Below are positions 28,066 to 40,855 of a stretch of 64,000 bases of DNA, one piece after another. The stretch is from Stegostoma tigrinum. Its lineage: Eukaryota. Position numbers and translations under genes: made by a program. The stretch is taken from NCBI RefSeq assembly GCF_030684315.1, contig NC_081356.1, positions 110,001,723-110,065,722 of the forward strand. Direction: 5' to 3'. The notes under the pieces were generated by a model. That model did not search any database, was not told where the DNA came from, and saw only the letters and a list, made by a program, of their open reading frames with translations. Numbering within the stretch: position 1 is the first letter of the stretch; each line of letters opens with the position of its first letter.

Positions 28066-28137
28066 CATAATCCAACAACTGTTTCAATTCAGCACCACAT
28101 GAACCAGATGTTCGGTATAAATTGGCACACTCTAAAC
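28066..28137 (-). CDS. PIK3R1: PIK3R1 exon, BH domain (LECANLYRTSGSCGAELKQLLDY)
   Basis: 72 bp phase 1-1 exon; LYRT motif as in human GLECSTLYRT. Confidence 0.95.
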
Positions 28138-28922
28138 CTGTAAAATACAAATGCATTCATTGGGTAAGTTACAATGCTTTAGTCATACAGGAACACTTAA
28201 ACATGAAGGAGTCTAGACAAGTTAACAAGCAACACCATTAAGTAACTAGTGTTGAACAATTCATTTGCAGCAATTCTGGCTAAATGCAGTTTAAGAAGTA
28301 GTGGCTTCCACATTAAATCCTGACATGAAACCTTTTATTCTGACTATAAAGAAAACTGAAGACTGACAATGTTTTGCAAACAAATCAGCACTGTTGAAAC
28401 AACATAACTAAAAGCTCACAACTGTAAAGTTACATGAAACATTATTTTAAAAACAAAATCTAGAAAGCCTTCTACATGTGCTTTCTTGATAAAATAGATG
28501 AGACAAAAAATGTAAAACTGTGGTTGTTCATCACATTACCAGCAACACTTACATTGAACGTTCAAATACACAAATATTTGAAACAAAAAAAAACTGAAAA
28601 CATGTTCCGAAAATTTTCCATGCGATAGTACCCGGCACCAGTTACATCGATAGCCATGGAGTGTTCACAATTAAGAGGATCTATTTGACCAAATATTCCA
28701 GTACAAATTAATGTTTACCACCTCCAGACCAGAGTTACATCAACATTGGTTTACATTACCTATTCATACTTTTACAAAAAAACCCACAAGCCTAGCAGTT
28801 TTCCCCTTATAGTGTTTGTAGTTGCTTCTGCAATCTTATCAAGAAACTCTCCTTTGAACAGATAACAGGACTAAAAACACCATTGTGAAAGCCAGCATAT
28901 GAATTCAGATTGTAAGCTTTAC

Positions 28923-29015
28923 CTGTTTTTTCAATGGCTTCTACTAATTTCACTAGGATTGCCGGTGCAACGTCTGGGAGTGAGAACTGCTCCGTTAAAT
29001 CTGGTAGAATAGAAG
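28923..29015 (-). CDS. PIK3R1: PIK3R1 exon, start of BH domain ([30 protein letters not shown]); most 5' canonical exon in the window
   Basis: 93 bp, strong polypyrimidine-CAG acceptor; matches [28 protein letters not shown]. Confidence 0.97.
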
Positions 29016-29526
29016 CTGCAGAAATATAAAAAAAAAATTAGTTAATGTTCTAGCAATCTAAAAAAAATGCATGACTGTTTAATTTTTAAATCCTAAATAA
29101 ATGTTCTTATTGACTCTGTCAATATTGCAGGCACATCCTCTCCATAAGTCTGGCACACTCAAACAGATTGTACTCTCAAACTATGTTTATTCCGATTACC
29201 CAAAGATCACGAGAAACTTGCTGGCTTAATGTTTGACTTTTCTAAAAGATATGGGACTTGAAGTAATTTATTACCATATTTAACAAAGATCTTCAAAGAC
29301 TGTTCTAATTTGTTCAGTTGGTTCACTTCTCCCAATTTCTACTTTAAAGAATTCCCAGCTTAAAATTTTTTTGGAAAACCAAAAGATTCAGTTCTTAGAG
29401 AAGTTCTTTGGGGTTTAATTGGAAATACCATATATCAGTACGACTGTATGGATTTTTACACCCAACTTGTTTATGTAGATTTGAATATACAAAAGAAATT
29501 TTAAGACTTGGTTGGGTTTGAAATTG

Positions 29527-29538
29527 TGCGCATGCGCA
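29527..29538. promoter_or_regulatory. Perfect NRF1-type palindrome TGCGCATGCGCA
   Basis: Exact consensus with two intact CpGs in CpG-poor DNA. Confidence 0.45.
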
Positions 29539-29595
29539 TGTGATCTGAGAGCGAGGAAAACCTGGGGGAAGAAAACTCACTAAAAAGATTTAAAT

Positions 29596-29723
29596 AACAA
29601 GGTGAAAAACTTTTCTGAAGGGTCTAGGCCGAAACGCCAGCTTTCCTGCTCAGGCTGCTGTGTTCATCCAGCTCTACACCTTGTTATCTCAGTAGGAACT
29701 GCAGATGCTGGAGAATCAATCTC
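29596..29723. mobile_element. Penelope-derived mini-element, rearranged
   Basis: ctgaagggtctaggccgaaacgccag core and inverted tail; aaaaagatttaaat duplicated at 29582-29595 and 29724-29737. Confidence 0.8.
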
Positions 29724-30224
29724 AAAAAGATTTAAATGCTCGATTTCTCCATTGCCTTTGAATTTCAATGACAAGTTTGCTAACATTTCCAAAACTTTTA
29801 GGTTGTGCTACTTGTTTGTTACCAAACGAGGGCACTGCTGTTATACTTCCGTTCTCAGAACTACACTGTAGCACTGAATATAAGTTTTCCCACTTTAATT
29901 TTAACTGTCGTCATTTTCAGACAGAGTTCAACATTCAAGGAATCAGAATTCACAGTTCTCATGTCCTAATATTAAACATTTTGACACATTAGAAAAATAC
30001 AGGTCAGGAGACATGTAAGTCCATGTGTCAAGTTCCAAAAATATAAGGCCATAGGTGCTTATTTCATAGAATCCCCTTAGTGTGGAAGCAGGTTTTTTGA
30101 CTCAGTCTGCACTAACTCTCCAAAGAGCACCCCACCCAGATTGACCCTTCACCCCTCTTCAGTTCATTTCAGTTTCAGGAAGAAAATTCTGGTGTTTGAA
30201 CTAAAGCAGTGTGAAGGCGGAGGG

Positions 30225-30540
30225 GTCCAAGCTCCACTTCAGATTTGAACGTGAAACTGAAATGTAGTACTTCGGACGTATTGTTAGATGTTGCTGTTTG
30301 CTGAGATTAAACCAGGGCCCTGTCTTGGCTTCCTGAGTTGATGTAATATTATGTTACATTGTTTGAACGGGGATTCTCCTGTTTTCTAGGCAATACCTGT
30401 TTTACAACCACAAAAAAAATTCATTGCGGTGTGCACACTGGTTAGTGCACTTTCTTGGATTCATAGTGATTACAATGCAAAATGTGCCTAAGTGGTTGTG
30501 ATACACTCTGGAATGACCATAACTTGTGAATATGCCACTA
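30225..30540 (+). mobile_element. Decayed DeuSINE-like (SacSINE1/AmnSINE1-type) element
   Basis: gagattaaaccagggccctgtct...ggggattctcctg...ggcaata resembles the Deu-domain consensus (from recall). Confidence 0.5.
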
Positions 30541-31719
30541 ACAATTAGGCTGCAGGTAGCAGATGCGTGTGAGCACCATCATCTGGAAGTTGTAAGCTAC
30601 CCCACACCTACTTGATGTGAAACTATCTTGGCATTCCTGTACTGTTAAACTAACAGCTTGTGGGAGAATTTACACTACAGGGACAAACCATTATCATCCA
30701 GGGTAATTACGATGGACGGTAAATGTTGGATTGGTCTGCACCTCTAGCATTTCGTGAGTGAGTACGTTATATTTAAGAACAAATAAATACACTTTCTTGG
30801 TTTCAAATATTCTATTAAATGCTAGCATTCAACTTGTCCTCAAAGACAAATGTTTGTTATTATTAACATTTTGACATTTTTTGTAGTATGAAATAGTAGA
30901 ATACTTCTAATTATCTCTTAAAACTAACATAAGCTTGCAGCATTCAACTCTCTGGATTTTTCCAGATGGAAGACACAAACGAACCACTTAACATTCACGT
31001 TTAAATTATTCAACATAGGCAGCATGAAATCCATAATAAAATTAGTTCAGGTTTGAGCTTTAAACGAGTCCCTGAAAGAAACTTAATTGTAGAGAGGATC
31101 AAAATATTGCAGATGCTAGAAATCTGCAATAAAAACAGAAAACATTGGGAAAATTCAGCAAATCTTGCAGTACCTGTTGTAAGTGAAAAAAGTTAATAGT
31201 TTTTGAGTTGGTTATAACTCTTCTTCAGAAAAGGGTGATAGTGTACTGGTGCATTAAGTGAGTACAGACAATTGAAAAATGTTAAAATGTCCAATTCAAT
31301 GACAGAGCAAAATGATTTGCTGTTGAGATGATTCTGAAAGTATAAGTGCCAAATCAGATCCAGGCTGGCTATTTCTTAATTGTAAGGATCCCGAAGTGAT
31401 CCGAAATGATTTCAGTGAATGCTTTATGTCAGATGCAGAAGACAATGAATTCAGTAGTTTTAAAGTTTATTGAGCACGTTTGAAGGTTGCACAATTATTT
31501 AATTCAATAAACAGTGTCACATTAATCCAGTACGAATTCCTTGTGATTTTGTTTCCACATTTTAAAATGGTGACTACCACACTAGTGGTTCACTTGGTGT
31601 AAAGTCCCTGTTTATGGAAGGATTTTGAAGGCTTTGAGGAGTTGACTTTATGCCTACATCTGCAGTAGTTCCAAGCTGTCAGTACTGACTATATTCTAAA
31701 TGTTGTGCCTTTATTTGAG

Positions 31720-32915
31720 GGCTCTAAAGAGAAGCATGGGAACTAAAGACTGGTGAATCGGATATCAGCGGTGAGTAAATTGTTGGACAGGAAATCAAGA
31801 TAGGATTTACACGTATTGGGAGAGGCAAGGAATGATTAGAGAGAGTCAGAATGGTTTTATGCATGGGAAATCGTGCCTCACAAACGTGATTTTTTTTTGA
31901 GGACACAACCAAAAAGATTGAGGAGGGCACAGCAGTAGCCATCATCCACACGGACTTCAGTAAAGCCTTGACCATGTGAAACCTTGTCAATTGACTAATT
32001 AGAAAAATTAGATCACAGGATTGGATACAAAAATTGGTTCGATGATAAGAGACAAAGGGTGATGGAGGAGGGTTTTTTTAAAGATTGAAGGCCCGTGACC
32101 AGCAGTTTCCAGAGGGATCAATGCTGAGTCCAATTCTGATGAGAATTTATGAGGCACAGTTAGTAAGTGGTGGATGAACCAAAATTAGTGGTATAGTCAG
32201 TGAAGAAAGTTATCAAGATCTTGGTCAATTCGGCCAATGAACTGAGGACCGGCAGGTGAAGTTTAATTTGGACAAATATGAGATTGTATTTTGGCAAGAC
32301 CTTGGGCAGTAGTTATACAGTTAATGTATAGCCCTGGGTAGTTTTGTTGAACAAAGAGCTAGGGGTTCAGGTACGTAGCTCTTCTGAAGTTGTGTCACAA
32401 GTAGATAGGCCAGTTAATGTGTTTAGCATGCTTGCCTTCATTGCTCAGACCACGGAATATGAGAGTTAGGATGTCATACAGACATTGAACCGGAGGTTGG
32501 TGAGGTCACTTTTGGAGGACTCCACATAGTTCTGGTCACAGAGTTATAGCAAAGGTATTAAATTGGAGGGGGCTCAAAAAATTACCAGGATGTTGCTGGG
32601 GCTGAACAGTTGAATTATAAAGATGATGCTGGATAAGCTAGGGCTTTTCTCATTGGAGTGTAGGACGTTTAGGGGTGACCCTATAGATGTTTATAAAGTC
32701 ATGACAGGCATTGATAACACGAATAGCAAAGGTCTTTTCCCATGGTAGGGGCTAGTGTTCAAAACTACGGGACATATTTTTAAGGCGAGAGGAGGAAGAT
32801 TTTAAGAAAAAGGGACCTGAGGGGCACCTTTTCCACATACAGGATGATTTGTAAGTGGAACAAGCTGCCACAGGAATTGGTACATACGGATACAGTTACA
32901 ACTTAAAAGACATTT
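31720..32915 (+). mobile_element. Decayed CR1 LINE ORF2 3' part
   Basis: GF.HGKSCLTN and DFSKALD blocks; CR1 tail. Confidence 0.85.
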
Positions 32916-34426
32916 GTCTAGCTCCAACAACACTTGAAGTTTGACACCATCCAGGGCAAATTTGATTGGCACCACATCCACAAACATTCACCATCACTCA
33001 GTAGCATCAAGGTGCACCAACTCCAAGATGCATTCCAGAAAGTCACCAAAAAGTTGCTTAAATAGCACCTTCCAAAGCCAGGATCATCCAGAAGGACAAG
33101 GGCCACAGATATATAGGAACAGTGCCACATGCAGGTTGCCCTCCAAGTCACTCACCATTTTGATTTGGCAGCAGAATGCTGTTCCTTCAGTATCAAGGGG
33201 TCAAAATTCTGGAACACCATTCCTAATGGCATCGAGTCTACCTACACCAAATGGACTGCAAAACTCGGTGCAATTAGAGATGGGTAATACATGCTAGCCT
33301 AGCTAGAGTCACCCACTTCCAATGACTAAAAAAAATGTTGTCTACAAACTTTTTTTTGATAATTTGGAGAAAATAGCAATCCTTCAAAAATATGAATACA
33401 ATATTGATTTTTCTCTTGGCAACCTACTTAAAAATGCAATTATGTAATACTAAACAACTGTGATTTGATAGTAATGGTTCCATGAGTCAACATCCATTTG
33501 AGCAGAGAAAAAGACTATTAGAGGCTGCTTCTAACATGCTTAACTGCAACAAACAATACAAGGATATCCTAGTTAAATCAATTGGTGTATAGTATGCATA
33601 CTTCCTTTCAAATGTTCAAACTTTTTTCAATAAATACAATGACAATTGAAGTTTGTTTTAATGTCTTTCAATTTATGACCTCAAATATACAGACCTAAAA
33701 TAGTCTGACAGATCCAATTCTGTAATCTGCATTTCAATAGTGTCATGCAAACAAAACTGAAAAATCTATTAGTGCAAACTACAATCAAGTATGAAGTACA
33801 TCCAAGTGAACTTTGCGGAATTAATTTTTTTAAAAAATATGACAAATTGAAGCAACTAAAATTTGAAGATGGTCCATGACTCCATCTTGGTCATTTCTCA
33901 CAGCTACCTTCAAAATGACAGAATACTAAAGAAAAGGCACTAAAGTGATAAGAATTGGTATTATAAACAATATTACGCATTGCACTGATATAATCCCAAG
34001 GAGCTTGCAATTTCTACATAATTTTATAACTACAAATAATGTTAATGTAATCTTTTCTCAGCACGTGAATCCAACAACCTATATAAAATTGAACATCTTT
34101 AAGTAAAACCAAGGTATTGAAAGAATATTTTAAAATAAGACAATGAGTTTCACAATATTCCAGTCATAGACTAATTGAACTTTGTGCTCTCTCACCTAGC
34201 AGACCAAGGACCTTTCTTTGATTTCTTCTTGGCCAGGTTTTCAAGTTATGCATGATTAAAAGATTCTCTCAAAGCAATGCTCACAAGTACATAATTTACC
34301 ATTGCAGATAGCATCCGAAACATTACTTCAAAATAGGCTTTCCTAGTTCTGCTTACAGAATAGATGTACTGCAGTCAGCATTAAGCAGATTGAAATTAAG
34401 ACAATTACACCATGTTATCACTTGGT

Positions 34427-36400
34427 AGACTGAGTTGGAGGAACACAGCAGGCCAGGCAGCACTAGGAGCAGGAAAGTTGACGTATCGGGTCAGGACCCT
34501 TCTTCAGGGATGGAGAGGGGGAGGGGAGTTGGGAAATAAATAAAGATAGGAGGGGTGGTGCTGGGGAGGGTAGGTGGGATGGTGATAGGTGAGGGCAGGT
34601 AGGGAGTGGTGGGAATTGGTCAGTGGGATGGGACGCATGGATAGGTGGGCGAGAATATGGACAGATTGTGTCAGGTCAAGGTGGTGGGATGAGAGGACGG
34701 CATCGACATGGGATGAGACCGGGGTAGGGAGATTTTAAAGCTGGTGAATTTCATGTTTACGCCATCGGGCTGTAGGCTCCCAAGGCAGAATATGCGGTGT
34801 TGCTTCTCCAGTTTATGGATGGTGTCACTGTGACATTGGAGGCGGCCCAGGATGCACAAGTCATTTATTTTTGTTGGGGGGAGGCAATGTGGGGGCAAAA
34901 GTGTGGGACATGAAAGAGATGTCATTAAGGGCTTTTACAATCACAGGGTGGGTAGTTAGGGTCGTTGAAATAGGACATCTGGGATGTTCTGCTCCCTACA
35001 GATGAATGGGGTGGCCACAAGCAGCCGCATAGGCCCAAGCTATGCCTGCCTCTTCGTAGGATTCGTGTTCCCCTTCCGCTGTTATGCTGGCACTATCCCC
35101 CACCCTCTTTCTCTGCTACACTGACGACTGTATTGGCAATGCCTCGTGCTCTCGTGAGTTGAGCAGTTCATCAACTTTACTAACAGCTTTCAGCCCAACC
35201 TCTAATTCACCTGGACCATCTCCAATACATCCTGGACCCCTCTGTCTCCATCTCTGGTGACTGGCTCAAAACTGACATCTATTTCAAGTCCACCACCTCC
35301 CACAGTTACCTGGACTACACATCCTATCACCCAGCTTTCTGCAGGAAAGTTCCACTCCCGACATCCAAGATGTCCTCTAACTTCAAGAACCATAACATCC
35401 TCCCTTTGGTGATTGAAAATGCCTTCACTGGCGTTTCTTGCATTTCCCACACTCCTGCCCTCACATTCCCTCCCCCAATAAAATTAACAACAGAATCCCC
35501 CTTGTCCTCACATCACCCCACCAACGTCTGCATCCAACATATAATTCTTTGGCTAACCCTATCGCCACCTACAATCCGACCCCGCAAGCAAAGAGATATT
35601 TCCCTCTGCACAATCTGATTTTCATAGGGGCCACGCTCTCACTAACTCCCTTGCCCGTTCCACATTCCCCACTAACCTACCACCTCTGGCACCTTTCACT
35701 GCAGCTGCCGGAGGTGCTACACCTGCCCTTACCACTCCCCCCTCACCTCCATATAAGGCACAAAACAAACCTTCTGTATCAGGCAGGAGATCACTTGCAC
35801 ATCTGTCAACTGTATCCACTGCTCCAGACACCTCTGCATCAGTGAGGCCATCACAGACTGTTTTGTAGAGCATCCGTGCTGTGAGAGAGAGACTAAATGG
35901 CAACACCTTCTGCTCGCCAACCACTTTAACTCCCCCCTCCCACTCCCCAGGTGACGTGTCTATCCTGGGCCTCCTCCAGTGTCACAATGACACCACCCAC
36001 AAACTGGAGGAGCAACATGTCATTCTGCCTCAGAAGTCTACAGTTCAATGGCCTAAACATGGAACTGACCAGTTTTAAAATCTCCCACCACCGGTCTCAT
36101 CCAATGTCCAAGCCTCCTGCTCATCCCTGCCTCCTTGACCTGACACAGCCTGTCCATTTTCTCTCCACCTACCCACCCCTCCCATCCCACTGAACAATCT
36201 CCACCACTCCCTACCTGCACTCACCTATCATCATTCCATCTGCCTTCCCCAGCCCCACTGCTCCACATCTCCATTTCTGAAGAAGGGTCCCAGCCTGAGA
36301 CATCATCTTTCTTGCTCCTCTAATGCTGCCTGGCCTGCTGTGTTCCTCCAACTCCATACTGTGTTATCTCAGACTCCAACAGTTTCAGTTCTTGCTACCT
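34427..36400 (+). mobile_element. Penelope-like element: inverted partial pLTR (about 34427-34860) plus RT/GIY-YIG remnant and 3' pLTR
   Basis: GVATSSRIGPSYACLFVG and YTDD (RT motifs) near 35000-35130; KLEEQH.IF/L endonuclease tail present in both orientations. Confidence 0.85.
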
Positions 36401-37056
36401 GAGTGAATCTACCACGTGAACATCAACTGTATCTTCTCTGGTGCAGCCTTTTCTACTTCCTGCTCCAATGCCATTTCCAAGCATAAAAAGGGAACAGGCC
36501 TCGAGAACTTGAGCACTTTCTGTAATTTTATTGCCATAGGTGAAGTACAAAAACACATACAAATTAAAAAACTTGCTCCAACTTGTTTACTCACAGTAGT
36601 GAATTCCTAACAGGGTTTCCTCATCACTGAGCTAAGAATACTTGTAGTCAGTGCTTTTGCTGCAATCTGCTCAGACTGAAGTCTGAGGATTCAAATGCAA
36701 TCTCAGAATACTTCAGTGACATGAAAGTGCAGTTATCAATGGTGTGTATTTCAGGTAAGAGTTTATACTTGCCTGTTCAGGCGTGTGCAAAACCTTCTCG
36801 TGGCAGTACTCAAGGAAGAACAGACAACTTTCCTGGTATCACATTCAACGCTGATTCCAAATGCACCATGTGGTCCTCTATTTTCCCACAGCACTCACCA
36901 CTATTGCAAGTAATGTATATATTTAACCACTGCCTGTAATTTCTGGAAACTCTTGATTCTGGCAAAACGTTTCACATCATTTGGTTTTAATGACCACTAG
37001 TTCTAAGGAAACAATGCATCTCAATATTCTTCTGGGTTCTAAACCAAAACTCCTCA

Positions 37057-38178
37057 GTGAGCAAGGTGAGGGCCAATGGTGTTCGAGGTGAGCTACTGGC
37101 TTGGATTGAGGATTGGCTGTCTGACAGAAGGCACAGAGTTGGGATAAAAGGCTCTTTCTTGGAATGGCAACCGGTGACGAGTGGTGTCCCACAGGGTTCA
37201 GTGTTGGGGCCGCAGCTGTTCACCTTATACATTAATGACTTGGATGAAGGGACTGGGGGCATTCTGGTGAAGTTTGCCCATGATCAAAGATAGGTGGACA
37301 GGCAGGTAGTACTGAAGAGGTGGGGAAGCTGCAGAAAGATTTAGACAGTTTAGGAGAGTGGTCCAGGAAATAGCTGATGAAATTCAATGTGAGTAAATGT
37401 GAGGTTTTGCACTTTGGAAAAAAGAATAGGCATGGGCTATTTTCTAAATGGTGAGAAAAGTCACAAAGCAGAAGTACAAAGGGATCTGGGAGTGTTGGTC
37501 CAGGATTCTCGAAAGGTTAACTTGCAGGTAGAGTCCATAATTAAAGAAAGCAAATGTAACGTTGTCGTTTATCTCCAGAGGGTTGGAATATAAAAGCAGC
37601 AATGTGCTTCTGAGGCTTTACAAAGCTCTAGTTAGGCCCCATTTAGAATACTGTGTCCAATTTTGGGCCCCACACCTCAGAAAGGACATACTAGCCCTGG
37701 AGCGTGTCCAGTGGAGATTCACACGGATGATCCCTGGAATGGTAGGTTTAACATATGATGAACAGCTAAGGATCCTGGGATTGTACTCAGAGTTTAGAAG
37801 GTTCAGGGGAGAACTAATACAAACTTACAAGATAGTGTATGGTTTAGACGGGGTGGACGCTAGGAAGTTGTTTCCGTTAGGCGGGGAGACTAGGACCCGT
37901 GGGCACAGCCCTAAAATTAGAGGGGGTAAATTTAAAACTGAAATGAGGCGACATTTCTTCAGCCAGAGTGTGGTGGGCTTGTGGAATTCATTGCCACAGA
38001 GTGCAGTGGAGGCCGGGGCGTTGGATGCCTTCAAGGCAGAGATCGACAAATTCTTGATCTCAGAAAGAATCAAGGGCTATGGGGAGAGTGCGGGGAAGTG
38101 GACTTGAAATACCCAGTCATGATTTAAATGGCGGAGTGGACTTGATGGGCCGAAAGGCCTTACTTCCACTCTTATGGT
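37057..38178 (+). mobile_element. CR1 LINE, 5'-truncated, relatively young
   Basis: [14 protein letters not shown] and LYKALVRPHLEYCVQFWAP motifs; 3' tail. Confidence 0.95.
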
Positions 38179-40489
38179 GAAGGGATTGTTCTAACACACT
38201 GAAGCCCTTAAGCTCTGCAATGACCCTGTAATTTTGCCCATTTTTTCCAACCTCTAGTCAATAAATACTGGTTCCATAACAACAGAAGACCATGTCTTAG
38301 CTGTACCCGAAATCCATTTTCCTTATTTGACAAGGTTCATAGATTGCACTGATTGGCATTTAAATTATCCTAGCATCCAAAGCCTAACAGGGAAGGAAAT
38401 TCCAGTTTTTCATAATCTACCTTTTCACAGTAGGTAAATATTGAAAGAAATTAGGCCATATAGGAATGAAACATCAAAGTCCCTTTGCTCTGGAATCATC
38501 CATAAGAAATTCCTTTGAGTCTACTCGATGAAATCACAATTACGTTAAAGACTTAATTGGACCACTCCTCAGCTTTCTAAACAGTGGCATATCTTATTTT
38601 GACCACCTTCTGTGGTCAATATAAAACTAGCTACTACTTACTAATTAAATCACACTGAATGGTGTATACAGCAGCTCATTTACTACTTGACAGCATAAAA
38701 TCAACTGGCCATAGTCTTTACACAATTATTTCAGGTCATTAAAATTTACTTCAAAAAGAATCAATTGTTGCGGTGAGATTCTCTAAATTTTCTGGGTAGG
38801 ATGAAATCATGAAACCTCTGCACCAATTCAAACTTTTTTCCTCTCTACTCAACCCAACCAGAAGACAAACATGAAAAGACAAAAATACATTGCCTGTGTA
38901 GAGTTTCAAAAAAAAAAGAATGCATGCAAGCTATGCCTATACAGCTATGTTCATAAGCACAACAGTGGATTAAAAAAAAAATCAGCCAGAAGTGAGAATA
39001 CAAAAGAGCTGCTAAACCTTTCAGCAGTACTCCTCAAACAAAGGAGTTGGTGAAAAATACAAGTGGTTGTAATAATTGCTCAGATTATTAGCAAATTATT
39101 AACAGAATTTGAATAATCACATTCACATGTCTGACATATTACAAGTCAGTCAGTGACAACAACTATATTCAGTTAAGAATGGTTTGCTGGTCACATAAAT
39201 CTATTATGGTAACTTAGGACTCCGGGTGGTAACATACTGCCAAGTTGCGTTTTGGGGCAAAAATTATCTTTATTTTCACCATTTTGACGAATATCAAACA
39301 AACATTCTCAACAACAAGCAAAGAGGTATAAATCACACAATTTAAGCTGTCAAATTTAGTAAACTATGCCTTACACCATAGCTTGCTTAGAATAAAACAG
39401 TTGCTTTAATCAACATATCAATGAAGTACAAGGATTACAGGGATGAATTTGCTATTCAAAATCTCCATAAATTTGTAGATTCACTTACTGCTTTTTTCAG
39501 TCATCTTCTCACTTAAATTCATTATTTTTGTTGAATGGAAACAGAATAGACCAACTTACAAATTGGCTAAAAAATGGGCTCAGCTTGAAAAGGAATAGGT
39601 AGACGAATTGAATCGAGTACACATTTAAAAGCCATTCAACTGGCTGCACTCGATCATAAAAAACATTTGCTATGGATTTGATCCAGTCTGGTTTGTTGGA
39701 GACTTCAGCTGATGTATCACCATGATCAGATTCCATACATTCTAATTTTTTACTCGGCCAAGCATCAATCATACAAATGTAACTCCAGGAAACTTTGCAA
39801 TTGAGGCCACAGTCCTTGGCAAAAAAAAACGGTGATCCAAACAGAAACAGATAACACTGCCTGGACTGACACTACTTTCATAAACAGCAACAATTTTCAA
39901 ATTGAATTTCAATGGGAGTTTGTTTTGTTTTAAATTTTGCATTACGGGTTAGTAAACTAACCTTCACAATACCGTACTGTTGGGACAGGGTGAAGAAAAT
40001 TGTATGATGTATGGCTCCTCTGTGAAGTCCAATATGGATTACTGTTGATATATTTCAACTATAGTATTTAGTTCCCACACACAAAAAAAAAATTGAACCT
40101 GGAATAACGCATTATTCTACCAAACATATCTCAACATGATTCTTTGACCAGGAAGGATTTGAATAATTTCAGTTTAATTATATTATAGAATGGCTATTAT
40201 TTCAGTAATATTTGAACAGACAAACACAGAAAACGTGTCAAGGATTTCTATAGCTCTTAATATTCACAGTATAATTTTCAGGATTTTTGTAACTTTTCCC
40301 TGGCTGGTCTGAACATACATGGTGCCTTTCTGCGATTTCTTTTAACCTTGCTTTAGTCAGATTTCAAGCTTGATAACCAACTCAATTCAGAAGATCACAT
40401 TAAAATCTTCCGAAACAAGACTGGTCATAGCAGCTGGCAAACACTTTCTTTCACCCAGTTTTCCATCCTCCCAACCCCCAAAAGTGACC

Positions 40490-40855
40490 ACATTTTATTC
40501 CCAGATTATTTATCCAAATTGTAATAAATAGTTTTCATTTACTGCAATGTTATAAATCATATTCACCTCCATCACTTTCTCTGGTAGCTTGTTCCATTAA
40601 CACTTCACCCCTAAGGTCCCTTTTAAATCTTTCTCCTCTCACCTTAAACCTATGCCCTCTAGTTTTGGACTCCCCTATCCTGGGAAAAAGAACTTGGCTA
40701 TCCTCCCTATCCATACACCTTATGATTTTATGAATCCCCAAATAAAGGGCCATCCCTCAGCCTCTGATATGCCAGGGAAGAAAAGCCCTAGCCTATTCAG
40801 CCTCTCCTTAGCTCAGAACCTCCAATCCCAACAACATCCTTGTAAATATTTTCGG
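40490..40855 (-). mobile_element. CR1 3' fragment
   Basis: SKTRGHRFKVRGERFKRDLRG motif. Confidence 0.85.
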
